Origin: Pseudomonadota bacterium
Lineage (GTDB): Bacteria > Pseudomonadota > Gammaproteobacteria > Ga0077536
Reading direction: 5' to 3'
DNA: 42,371 nt
Assembly (NCBI GenBank): GCA_029977665.1
Contig: JAPOKK010000003.1
Location: forward strand, 1 to 42,371
In this document: piece after piece, positions 19,242 to 28,973 of the stretch
Layout of the letters: each line of letters starts with the position of its first letter
How positions within the stretch are numbered: position 1 is the first letter of the stretch
Made by a program: the position numbers and the translations under genes
The notes under the pieces: model-generated
Told to the model about the DNA's origin: nothing
Databases searched by the model: none
What the model saw: only the letters and a program-made list of their open reading frames with translations

Positions 19242-21143
19242 GTGTCCCCCGCCTACTCTGTGTTCGCCCGCCTGCGGGTACTGGGTGCGCTACTCATTGC
19301 GCTCATTACATGCGCCTGCGCACCGCAAGGCAACGTGCGCGAGACGCCCAGCGCGCCCGCGCCCGATCCGCAGGCGCTGGCCAACGCACAGCTCGCCGCC
19401 GGCAATTTCGCTCAGGCCGCCAACGCCTACGAAACGCTCGCCGCGACGAGCAGCGGCGCGCAGGCGACGCGGCTGCGCGCGATGGCGGCGCTGGCCTACC
19501 AGGACGCCGGTGACTACGCGACCGCCGACGGCCTGCTCAGCCTGCTCGAAGGCGCCAGCGGCGCCGACGGTGCGATCGCGACCGCGCGCGCACGCGCGTT
19601 GCTGCAAGCCACGCGCGACAGCGAAGCGCTGGCGCTTGCCGAGACCGTCGACACCACCCCGCTGACGCCCTACCAGCGCGGCGTCCTGGCGCGCACGCGG
19701 GGCCGCGCGGCACTCAACCTCGGCGATGCGCAGGCAGCGGCACCCGCGCTGATCGCCGCGTGGCGCTACCCCTACCCCGCCGAGCGCGAGGACGAACTCC
19801 GCCAGCAAACCTGGCGCGCGGTTTCGAGCCTGCCGGAAACCGACCTCGAGCAGGGCGCGACGGCGGCCACCGCCGACACGCAGGCGGCCTGGTACGCGCT
19901 CGCGCTGACCGCGCGCCGCTCGATGCTCGATACCACGACTTTCGCCGCGCGTGCCGAAGACTGGCGCATGCGCTACCCGGGGCATCCCGCGGGTGCACTC
20001 ATCGAAGCCTTGCTCGAACGCTCCGAAGCGCTCGGCGAGCGGCCACGCCGGGTTGCCCTGCTGCTGCCGTTCGACGCCACCTTCGGCCCCGCCGCCGAGG
20101 CCATCCGCGACGGCTTCATCAGCGCCTGGTTCGGTGACGAGAACGCCGCTTCGCGGCCACGCGTGGGCGTCTACTCGACCAGCGACGGCGACACCGCCAG
20201 CGTGGTCAACCGCGCGCTCGGCGACGGCGCCGAGTTCATCGTCGGCCCGCTGCGCAAGGAACTCGTCGAACAGCTGCGCGCGGACAGCGACCTCAACGTC
20301 GGCGTGCTGGCGCTCAACGTGGTCGATGACGCCACGCTTCCGCGCACCGGCTTCTACCAGTTCGGCCTGACCCCGGAAGACGAGGCCGCACAGGTCGCCG
20401 AGCGCGCCATCGCGCGCGGCCAGGGCGCGCTCCTGCTCGCGCCCGACAGCAGTTGGGGCAAGCGCCTGATGGCCGCCTACGAGACCGCCTGGAACGCGGC
20501 CGGCGGCACCGTGCTCGCGAGCGTCCATTACAACGAGAGCACCGAGGGCTACACGCGTGCCGTACGCCAGGCGCTGAACATCGACTTGAGCCAGGCGCGC
20601 GCCGCGGCGCTGCGCGAACGGCTCAATCTGCCGCTGCACTTCGAGCCGCGCCGGCGCCAGGATGCCGCGGTCATCCTGCTCGCGGCCTACCCGGGCAACG
20701 CGCGCCAGCTGATGCCGCAGCTGCGTTATTTCGGCGCCGGCTCGATGCCGGTCTACGCGACCTCGCATGTCTACGCCGGCGCCAGCAGCGCCGAGGGCGA
20801 CATCGATCTCGACGGCATCGAGTTCGCCGACATGCCATGGCTGTTCGATGGCGCCGACCGGCGCACACACGCCGTGGTCGAGCGCTACTGGTCGCCGCGC
20901 GCGGCCGGCATCGAGCGACTCTACGCGTTCGGTATCGACGCCTACCGGGTGCTGCCACATCTCGGCAAGCTGCGTCTGCAGCCCGGGCTGCGCGTGCCCG
21001 GCGTCACCGGCGACCTGTCGATGGACCAGCGCGGGGTGCTGCATCGAAAGCTCACCTGGATGCGCTACGTCAACGGCACGCCGCGCCGCGCCGAGGCAGC
21101 CGCGACGCGCGCGACCGGACATGGCGCCGCCGCCGGCGAGTGA
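19242..21143 (+). CDS. lpoA: Penicillin-binding protein activator LpoA (LppC family lipoprotein)
   Basis: Signal peptide ending LITCAC, TPR-like N-region, YPGHPA, VALLLP, AIRDGF, IVGPLRKE, FGLTPEDEA, RLYAFGIDAY; divergent from rsmI. Confidence 0.92.
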   Translation: MSPAYSVFARLRVLGALLIALITCACAPQGNVRETPSAPAPDPQALANAQLAAGNFAQAANAYETLAATSSGAQATRLRAMAALAYQDAGDYATADGLLSLLEGASGADGAIATARARALLQATRDSEALALAETVDTTPLTPYQRGVLARTRGRAALNLGDAQAAAPALIAAWRYPYPAEREDELRQQTWRAVSSLPETDLEQGATAATADTQAAWYALALTARRSMLDTTTFAARAEDWRMRYPGHPAGALIEALLERSEALGERPRRVALLLPFDATFGPAAEAIRDGFISAWFGDENAASRPRVGVYSTSDGDTASVVNRALGDGAEFIVGPLRKELVEQLRADSDLNVGVLALNVVDDATLPRTGFYQFGLTPEDEAAQVAERAIARGQGALLLAPDSSWGKRLMAAYETAWNAAGGTVLASVHYNESTEGYTRAVRQALNIDLSQARAAALRERLNLPLHFEPRRRQDAAVILLAAYPGNARQLMPQLRYFGAGSMPVYATSHVYAGASSAEGDIDLDGIEFADMPWLFDGADRRTHAVVERYWSPRAAGIERLYAFGIDAYRVLPHLGKLRLQPGLRVPGVTGDLSMDQRGVLHRKLTWMRYVNGTPRRAEAAATRATGHGAAAGE

Positions 21144-21507
21144 GCGCGAAGCGGCCACCGCCGTCGGTGCCCGCCTCGAACGAGCTGCCGAACGTTACCT
21201 CAGCGAGCGCGGCCTGCGCATGCTCGCACGCAACTATCGCTGCCGCGGCGGCGAACTCGACCTGGTCATGCAGCACGGCGACAGCATCGTCTTCGTCGAA
21301 GTGCGCTACCGGCGCTCGCGCGCCTACGGGTCCGCGGCCGAGAGCGTCGACCGGCGCAAACAGCAACGCTTGCTGCGAGCGGCGGAGCACTACCTTGCAC
21401 GTCACGGCGCCCGCGCTGGCTGCCCGTGCCGCTTCGACGTCGTCGCCCTGCATGGCCCCCTGGATGCCCTCGAACTCGACTGGATCGAAGGGGCGTTTTC
21501 TGCATAA
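21121..21507 (+). CDS. yraN: YraN (UPF0102) PD-(D/E)XK-like nuclease family protein
   Basis: G..E..A..YL, RNYRCRGGELDLVM, FVEVRYR, CRFDVV, WIEGAF. Confidence 0.93.
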   Translation: MAPPPASEREAATAVGARLERAAERYLSERGLRMLARNYRCRGGELDLVMQHGDSIVFVEVRYRRSRAYGSAAESVDRRKQQRLLRAAEHYLARHGARAGCPCRFDVVALHGPLDALELDWIEGAFSA

Positions 21508-22158
<651 letters not shown>

Positions 22159-22169
22159 GCACCTGCGGC

Positions 22170-22799
22170 ATGCGCCGCGTTCGTGCCGCCGGACAGCACA
22201 CGTCTTGCGCGGCGCACCTCGCGCGGAGCTTGCCGGCCCTGCTCGCGCTCGCGCTATGTGCTGGCTGCGCGCCGCTGCTCGTGGGTGGCGCCGCGACGAC
22301 CGGCGCGGTCGTCGCAGGCGACCCGCGCACCGCCGGCACGCTGGTCGAGGACCAGGCGATCGAGATGCGTGCGGCTGCCGCACTTCGCGCCGACCAACAG
22401 CTACGCGAACAGACGCACGTCAGCATCACGAGCTACAACGAGGTCGTCCTGCTCACCGGACAGGCGCCGAGTCGCGCGCTGCGCGAGCGCGCCGTCGCCC
22501 TCGTGCGCGAGGTCGACAAGGTGCGTCACGTCTTTGACGAAATCGCCATCGGCGCGCCCAGCGCGCTCATCTCGCGCACCAACGACGGTCTGGTCACGAC
22601 GCGCGTCAAGACACGCCTGCTGACCGACGCGGCGATCAACGCCCAGCGCATCAAGGTCGTCACCGAGGCGAACGTCGTCTACCTCATGGGATTCGTAACG
22701 CCGGAACAGGGCGCGCTTGCCGCCGACATCGCGAGCGCCACACCCGGCGTCAAGCGCGTCGTGAAACTCTTCGAGTATCCGCCGGGAACCGCCGACTGA
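22170..22799 (+). CDS. dolP: Dual-BON-domain outer-membrane lipoprotein DolP/YraP
   Basis: Lipobox-like LCAGC, DPRTAGTLVEDQAIE, VLLTGQ, IKVVTE..VVYLMG, GVKRVVKLFEY; start approximate. Confidence 0.9.
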   Translation: MRRVRAAGQHTSCAAHLARSLPALLALALCAGCAPLLVGGAATTGAVVAGDPRTAGTLVEDQAIEMRAAAALRADQQLREQTHVSITSYNEVVLLTGQAPSRALRERAVALVREVDKVRHVFDEIAIGAPSALISRTNDGLVTTRVKTRLLTDAAINAQRIKVVTEANVVYLMGFVTPEQGALAADIASATPGVKRVVKLFEYPPGTAD

Positions 22800-22850
22800 G
22801 GCCGCTTTGCACGCCAGCCGCGAGACCCCCCGGCATCGAGGTGTGCCTGC

Positions 22851-23261
22851 CTACTTGACGACGGTGAGATGCGGCGGCCGCTTCGGGCCATCCTGCGGCT
22901 CGGACGCAGGCGTCTGCGCCGCATCGTCGGCCGGCCCCGAAGCAGCAGCGCCCTCGGCCTCGCCGAGCACGATACCCTGCCCGTTCTCACGCGCGTAGAT
23001 CGCCTGAACGGCGCCAATCGGCGCGTAGACGTGCTGGGGCCGGCCGGCGAAGCGCGCATTGAACTCGACCGCTTCGTTGCCGAGATGCAGGTCACGCACG
23101 GCGCTCGGCGATACGTTGAGCACGATAACACCGTTGTCGACGAACTGGCGCGGCACCATCACCTGGTCGTGGTCCGCGTGGACCAGCAGGTGCGGGGTGA
23201 GGCCGTTATCGACGATCCATTCGTAGATCGCGCGCAACAGGTAGGGACGCGTGGAAGTCAT
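22851..23261 (-). CDS. sspB: ClpXP specificity adaptor SspB
   Basis: RPYLLRAIYEWIVDN, FNARF, IYARENGQG, C-terminal ClpX-binding PHLTVVK. Confidence 0.97.
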   Translation of the reverse strand: MTSTRPYLLRAIYEWIVDNGLTPHLLVHADHDQVMVPRQFVDNGVIVLNVSPSAVRDLHLGNEAVEFNARFAGRPQHVYAPIGAVQAIYARENGQGIVLGEAEGAAASGPADDAAQTPASEPQDGPKRPPHLTVVK

Positions 23262-23288
23262 GATGCGGACACGGCCTGAGGGCCGCGC

Positions 23289-23912
23289 TCAGCGAATCTC
23301 CTGTTCGACCGGCGACAGGCTGAGGTGGAAGGCACGCCGGTCGAACAGCCGATCGGCGTACTTCAGGAGGGGCTTGGCCGGTGCGCCGAGCTTGACGCCG
23401 TAACGCGGCAGGCGCCACAGCAGGGGCGCCATGCACAGGTCGACGAGCGAGAACTCTTCGGACATGAAGTAGGGAAACTGCGAAAACACCGGCGCCAGCG
23501 CGAGCAGGTTGTCGCGCATGGACTTGCGCGCATTGGCCGCGGCGATGTCGTTGTCCCCTTCGAGTTCCTCGGCGAGCGAGTAGAGATCACGCACGATGCG
23601 GTAGCGGAACTGGCGGTTGTTCGCGCGTGCCACCGGGTCGACCGGCATCAGCGGCGGATGCGGATAACGCTCGTCGAGATACTCCATCATGATCTGGGCG
23701 TCGTAGAGCACCAGATCGCGGTCGATGAGCGTCAGCAGGCTGCTGTACGGGTTGAGATCGTGCAGATCGTCCGGCTTGCTCTCCTCGTCGATGAAGTGGA
23801 TCTCGACGTTGATGTCCTTTTCGGTGAGGACCAGGCGCACGCTATGGCCGAGCGGGTCGGCTGCATCGGCGTACAACGTCATCACTGAACGCCGATTAGC
23901 GAGCGCGGTCAT
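23289..23912 (-). CDS. sspA: Stringent starvation protein A (GST fold)
   Basis: ANRRSVMTLY, LNPY, EYLDERYPHPPLMPV, APLLWRL; ATG lies 1 nt after the petC stop. Confidence 0.96.
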   Translation of the reverse strand: MTALANRRSVMTLYADAADPLGHSVRLVLTEKDINVEIHFIDEESKPDDLHDLNPYSSLLTLIDRDLVLYDAQIMMEYLDERYPHPPLMPVDPVARANNRQFRYRIVRDLYSLAEELEGDNDIAAANARKSMRDNLLALAPVFSQFPYFMSEEFSLVDLCMAPLLWRLPRYGVKLGAPAKPLLKYADRLFDRRAFHLSLSPVEQEIR

Positions 23913-23913
23913 C

Positions 23914-24654
23914 TTAGTGAACATCCTTCCAGTATTCCCGTTTCATCAGGTAAGCCGCGACCAGCAGCACGAGCAGGAAGGCAATCACCCAGAACCCGAT
24001 CCGGTAGCGCACGAGCTTGGCGGGCTCACCCATGTAGACCAGGAACGCGACGAGGTCACGCGTCGCCTGGCGGTACTCGCCGGGGCTCAGCTTGCCGGGA
24101 CTTTCCAGCTCGAGGACGGGCCCGCCGTGGCCGCCGTGCCCATCGCCGTGCGCGTCCGCCTCGTGCTTGACCTGCAGGCCCTGCAGTTCGGCCAGCACGT
24201 GGGGCATGGCGGTATCGGGGAAGTAGAGGTTGTTGACGCCCGTCGGCCGCTTCTCGTCGAGATAGAAGCCATTGAGGAAGGAGTACAACCAGTCCGCACC
24301 GCGCGAACGCGCGATGACCGAGAGATCGGGCGGCGCCACGCCGAACCACTGTTCGGCGTCTTCCGGCTTCATCGCGATCGTCATCGTGTCGCCGACCTTG
24401 TCGCTGGCGAACATCAGGTTTGCCTTGACCACGTCTTCGCTCAGGCCGAGGTCCGTCGCCATGCGGTTGTAGCGCATGTACTGCGCCGAGTGGCAGCTCA
24501 GGCAGTAATTGACGAACAGGCGCGCGCCGCGCTGCAGCGACGTCTTGTTGCCCAGGTTGACGTTGGCGTCGAGCTTCTCCGGACCGTGTCCGCCGGCGGC
24601 GAAGACGAGACTGGCTGCGGCCCACAGGACCAATGCGGTAATCAGCTTGTTCAT
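23914..24654 (-). CDS. petC: Cytochrome c1 of the bc1 complex
   Basis: Signal peptide, SLQRGA, CLSCH, PPDLS, AMP, C-terminal TM and EYWKDVH; start overlaps the petB stop. Confidence 0.97.
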   Translation of the reverse strand: MNKLITALVLWAAASLVFAAGGHGPEKLDANVNLGNKTSLQRGARLFVNYCLSCHSAQYMRYNRMATDLGLSEDVVKANLMFASDKVGDTMTIAMKPEDAEQWFGVAPPDLSVIARSRGADWLYSFLNGFYLDEKRPTGVNNLYFPDTAMPHVLAELQGLQVKHEADAHGDGHGGHGGPVLELESPGKLSPGEYRQATRDLVAFLVYMGEPAKLVRYRIGFWVIAFLLVLLVAAYLMKREYWKDVH

Positions 24655-25907
24655 CAGCCCGTCACCCTCTCCGGCACAGGTTTGGTCTTGTCCAATTTGG
24701 TGTAAATCGGCATGAGGAAGAAGAACAGGAAGTACAGGATGGTGCACACCTGCGCCACCGCCGTGCGCCCCGGCGTCGGCGGCAGCAGGCCGAGGTAGCC
24801 GAGGATCAGGAAGGAGACCACGAAGATGGTCAGCGCCGACTTGTACAGCGTGCCACGGTAGCGGATCGACTTGACCGGGCTGCGGTCGAGCCAGGGCAGC
24901 GCGAAGAACAGCATCGTCGCGAGGCCCATGAAGATCACGCCACACAGCTTGCCGGGGCCGCCGAAGAAATCGCCGGTGTTGGCACGCAGTACCGAGTAGA
25001 ACGGCGGGAAGAACCACACCGGGGCGATGTGCTCCGGCGTCTTCAGCGGGTCCGCGGGCACGAAGTTGTTGTGCTCGAGGAAGTAGCCGCCCATCTCGGG
25101 CGCGAAGAACACGACCGCGGCGAACAGGATGAGGAAGACGATCACGCCTACCGAATCCTTCACCGTGTAGTACGGGTGGAACGGGATGCCGTCGAGCGGC
25201 TTGCCGTCCGGGCCCTTGTTCTTCTTGATCTCGACGCCATCGGGGTTGTTCGAGCCGACTTCGTGCAGCGCGATGATGTGCAGCACGACCAGGCCGACGA
25301 TCGCGAACGGTAGCGCGATGACGTGGAAGGAGAAGAAGCGGTTTAGCGTGATGTCCGAGACCACGTAGTCACCGCGGATCCACAGCGACAAGGTATCGCC
25401 GACCCACGGGATCGCGCCGAACAGCGAGATGATCACCTGGGCGCCCCAGTAGGACATCTGGCCCCACGGCAGGAGGTAGCCGAAGAACGCTTCGGCCATC
25501 AGCGACAGGTAGATGAACATGCCGAGGATCCAGATCAGCTCGCGCGGCTTCTTGTACGAGCCGTAGAGCAGCCCCCGGAACATGTGCAGGTAGACGACGA
25601 CGAAAAACGCCGACGCGCCGGTGGAGTGCAGGTAGCGGATCAGCCAGCCCCAGCTGACGTCGCGCATGATGTACTCGACCGAGCCGAAGGCGAGGTTGGC
25701 GTCCGGCTTGTAGTTCATCACCAGCCAGATGCCGGTCACGAGCTGGATCACCAGCACCACCAGCGACAACACGCCGAAGTAGTACCAGAAGTTGAAGTTC
25801 TTGGGGGCGTAGTACTGCCCCATGTGGTCGTTCCACAGCTGCATGAGCGGGAACCGGTCATCGACCCAGTCGCGCAGGCCGACGAGCCCTTTCGTGATCA
25901 TGTTCAT
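24654..25907 (-). CDS. petB: Cytochrome b of the bc1 complex
   Basis: RYLHSTGAS, HMFRG, GYLLPWGQMSYWG, RFFSFH, FHPYY, Qo motif PVWF. Confidence 0.99.
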   Translation of the reverse strand: MNMITKGLVGLRDWVDDRFPLMQLWNDHMGQYYAPKNFNFWYYFGVLSLVVLVIQLVTGIWLVMNYKPDANLAFGSVEYIMRDVSWGWLIRYLHSTGASAFFVVVYLHMFRGLLYGSYKKPRELIWILGMFIYLSLMAEAFFGYLLPWGQMSYWGAQVIISLFGAIPWVGDTLSLWIRGDYVVSDITLNRFFSFHVIALPFAIVGLVVLHIIALHEVGSNNPDGVEIKKNKGPDGKPLDGIPFHPYYTVKDSVGVIVFLILFAAVVFFAPEMGGYFLEHNNFVPADPLKTPEHIAPVWFFPPFYSVLRANTGDFFGGPGKLCGVIFMGLATMLFFALPWLDRSPVKSIRYRGTLYKSALTIFVVSFLILGYLGLLPPTPGRTAVAQVCTILYFLFFFLMPIYTKLDKTKPVPERVTG

Positions 25908-26500
25908 GCCGCGCCTTCCTCCAGCTCACCGATCATCAGGTGCGTGTCGTCGATGTAGTAATACGGCGGCACCTCCATGTTGGTCGGCGCCGGAACACCG
26001 GCGTAGACGCGTCCCGAGAGGTCGAACTTCGAGCCGTGGCAGGGGCAGTAGAAACCGCCCTGCCAGTCGCTGCCCATGCCTTCGGCGTCGGTGCTCGGGA
26101 AGAAGTTCGGCGAGCAGCCCAGATGGGTGCAGATACCCACTAGCACGAGGTATTCGGGCTTCTCGGAACGCCACGGGTTGGCGGCGAACTCCGGTTGCAG
26201 CGACTCGCTCGAGGCCGGGTCGCGCAGCACGCCGTCCAGGGACTCCAGGGCGGCCAGCTGCTCGGGCGTACGGCGCACCACCCACACCGGCTTGCCGCGC
26301 CACTTGAAGATCAGGCGTCCGCCTGGTTCGAGCTGGCTGATGTCTGCCTCGACGGGAGCGCCGATGGCCTTGGCCCGGGCGCTGGGCTGGAACGTGGCTA
26401 CGAAGGGAATCGCGGCCAGGCCGGCCCCGATTCCTCCGATGACCGACGCCGTGCCCGTGAGAAAGCGACGCCGATCCGGATCGACAGCGTTCTCGCTCAT
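25904..26500 (-). CDS. petA: Rieske [2Fe-2S] subunit of the bc1 complex
   Basis: Tat motif RRRFL, WRGKP, CTHLGC, CPCHGS; GGGAG SD before ATG 26500. Confidence 0.98.
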   Translation of the reverse strand: MSENAVDPDRRRFLTGTASVIGGIGAGLAAIPFVATFQPSARAKAIGAPVEADISQLEPGGRLIFKWRGKPVWVVRRTPEQLAALESLDGVLRDPASSESLQPEFAANPWRSEKPEYLVLVGICTHLGCSPNFFPSTDAEGMGSDWQGGFYCPCHGSKFDLSGRVYAGVPAPTNMEVPPYYYIDDTHLMIGELEEGAA

Positions 26501-26698
26501 GCTGTGATGTCTCCCAACTTGAAGGTCTGTGATGAATGTCTCTGGCAAGCGGAGTGGCACCCGGTCACGGACGCGGAGCGCGCGGGGAATTCGGCTTCAC
26601 CCTGGGATAATCGCTGTTGCGGCCAGATCCCGCGCTTGCCGCGTTCCCTCCCGAACACGGACTGCCACGAGATATCGACAATCAGTATGTTGCGGTGG

Positions 26699-26707
26699 AT
26701 TATATCA
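26699..26707 (-). promoter_or_regulatory. Extended -10 promoter for petABC-sspAB
   Basis: TG-A-TATAAT, a perfect consensus in a GC-rich background. Confidence 0.65.
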
Positions 26708-26777
26708 CCAAAATCCCGCCCGCCACGGCGCGCCCATGGCGCGCGGAGGACACCGCGGCGGCCCTGCCGCGCCAGCC

Positions 26778-27869
26778 ATGAAATCCATCCTGTTCGTCAT
26801 CCACTGGGCGTTGGTCGGCCTTGGCGCGGCCGCTCTGGTCGTCATCCTGTGGGCCGCTCTGAGCGGCAGCCCCGTAAGCTGGCCGGGACCGCGCGTCGAG
26901 CTGCCACGCCGAGGTTACGCCACGGCAGTGGCGCGTGCCGCACCGGCGGTCGTCAGCGTACGCACGCTGAGCCGGCGCGCGGCCGGCGGCAACGCGCTCA
27001 CCGAGGATCCGCTGTTCCGGCGTTTCTTCGACGACGGTGCGGCCATGGTACGCAGCGAGACCAGCCTCGGCAGCGGCGTGCTGCTCGACCCCTCCGGCGT
27101 CATCGTGACGAACTACCACGTCATCGCCGGCGCCGACAGCATCCATGTCTCGCTCCGCGACGGACGCCAGGCCGATGCGCGCGTCGTCGGCACCGATCCG
27201 GAAACCGACCTCGCAGTGCTCAAGATCGACCTTGACGACCTGCCGACGATCGAACTCGGCGATTCCGACGCGCTGCGCGTGGGCGACGTCGTGCTCGCCA
27301 TGGGTTACCCGCTCGGCATCGGCCAGACGGTGACGCAGGGCATCGTCAGCGCGACCGGCCGCAACCGCGTCGGCATCAACACCTTCGAGAGCTTCATCCA
27401 GACCGATGCCGCGATCAATTTCGGCAATTCCGGCGGCGCGCTGGTCGACAGCCGCGGCGCCCTGGTCGGCATCAACGCAGCGCGCATCGACTCCGAGGGC
27501 ATCGGCTTCGCCATCCCGACTGCGCTCGCGCTCGGCGTCGCCCGGCAGATCCTCGAGCAGGGCAGCGTGCAGCGCGGCTGGTTGGGCCTGGACGCGCGCG
27601 ACCTCAACGATGCTCAGCGTGCCGAATCCGGCGCCGGCCAGGGCATCCTCGTCCTCGGCGTCCTCGCCGACGGACCGGCTTACCGTGCGGGTGTGCGCCC
27701 GGGCGACATCATCACCCACATCGGTGGCGAGCCGATCGGCGATTCTCGCACCGCCATCGACCGCATCACGGCGCTGACACCCGGCAGCCGGGTTGCCATG
27801 ACCTTGCTGCGCGCGGGCCGTCCGGTGCCTGCCGAGGCGATGGTGTCGCGGCGCCCGTTGCCGCGTTGA
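26778..27869 (+). CDS. degS: HtrA-family serine protease with one PDZ domain (DegS/AlgW-like)
   Basis: N-terminal TM anchor, LGSGV, TNYHV, TDLAV, QTDAAINFGNSGG, GIGFAIP, RGWLG PDZ. Confidence 0.85.
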   Translation: MKSILFVIHWALVGLGAAALVVILWAALSGSPVSWPGPRVELPRRGYATAVARAAPAVVSVRTLSRRAAGGNALTEDPLFRRFFDDGAAMVRSETSLGSGVLLDPSGVIVTNYHVIAGADSIHVSLRDGRQADARVVGTDPETDLAVLKIDLDDLPTIELGDSDALRVGDVVLAMGYPLGIGQTVTQGIVSATGRNRVGINTFESFIQTDAAINFGNSGGALVDSRGALVGINAARIDSEGIGFAIPTALALGVARQILEQGSVQRGWLGLDARDLNDAQRAESGAGQGILVLGVLADGPAYRAGVRPGDIITHIGGEPIGDSRTAIDRITALTPGSRVAMTLLRAGRPVPAEAMVSRRPLPR

Positions 27870-27884
27870 GCAACGGTCGTCGCG

Positions 27885-28973
27885 CTATTGCAGCGCCGCT
27901 GCCAGCATCTCGAGGAACTGCTGGTTGTCGCGCGGCGTGCCGACGCTCACGCGCAGGCAGTCGGCGAGCAGCGGATGGCTGCCATCAAGATTGCGTACGA
28001 GCACACCGCCGCGCCGCAGTGCCGCGCACAGCGCGCTGCCGCGGCCGGCCGGCGCGCGCGCCAGGAGGAAGTTGGTCGCGCTCGGCCACACGGTCATGCC
28101 GGGGAGCGCGGCAAGCCGCGCCGCGAGGTGTTCACGCTCGGCAAGCACCGCTTCGACCTGGCGCTCGAAGACCGCCTCGTGGGCGAGTGCGAACAGGGCG
28201 CCGGCCTGCGACAAGGCGTTGATGTTGTACGGCATGCGCACGCGCTCGAGCAGCGCCAGCCATTCCGCGGCGCCGTACAGCGCGCCGACGCGCAGGCCGG
28301 CCAGGCCGACCTTCGACAGCGTGTGCATCACGACCAGGTTCTCGTGCGCAGCCACCTCGCCCACGCGCGTCGCGCCGGCGAAGCGGTAATAGGCTTCGTC
28401 GAGCACCACCAGGCCGGGCGCCGCCGCGCACAACGCCTCGAGCGTGCCTTCATCGAGACGATTGGCGGTCGGGTTGTTGGGGCTTGCCAGGAACACGAGC
28501 GCCGGCTGCTCGCGCTCGATGGCCGCCAGCATGGCCGGGACGTCGAGGGAAAAATCGGCCGCGGCGAGCGGAACGCCGACGCTGCGCATGCCAACCGCCT
28601 GCGCGGCGCTGCCGAACAAGGCGAAGCTCGGCTCGACCGTCAGCACGCAGGCTTCCGGTCCGCGCGCGAAGGCGAGGCAGAGCATGCGGATGAGTTCGTC
28701 GGAGCCGTTACCGAGCAGCACGTCGGTCGGCGCCGCCAGGCCGTGATACGCGAGCAGGCGCGCGCGCAGCTCGCGCGCCTGCGGGTCCGGGTATCGGTTG
28801 AGTTCGACCTCGGCGACGACGGCGAGCCAGGCCGCGCGCAGCGCGTCCGGCAGCGACCACGGGATCTCCATCGCGTCGAGCCTGACCAGGCCGTCGCCCT
28901 GCTCGGTGCGATAGGGCTCGAGTTCGCGCACCCAGGGCGCGGCGAAGCACGCGATGCGCGCGCCGATGCTCAC
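27885..28973 (-). CDS. hisC: Histidinol-phosphate aminotransferase
   Basis: [40 protein letters not shown]. Confidence 0.95.
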   Translation of the reverse strand: MSIGARIACFAAPWVRELEPYRTEQGDGLVRLDAMEIPWSLPDALRAAWLAVVAEVELNRYPDPQARELRARLLAYHGLAAPTDVLLGNGSDELIRMLCLAFARGPEACVLTVEPSFALFGSAAQAVGMRSVGVPLAAADFSLDVPAMLAAIEREQPALVFLASPNNPTANRLDEGTLEALCAAAPGLVVLDEAYYRFAGATRVGEVAAHENLVVMHTLSKVGLAGLRVGALYGAAEWLALLERVRMPYNINALSQAGALFALAHEAVFERQVEAVLAEREHLAARLAALPGMTVWPSATNFLLARAPAGRGSALCAALRRGGVLVRNLDGSHPLLADCLRVSVGTPRDNQQFLEMLAAALQ

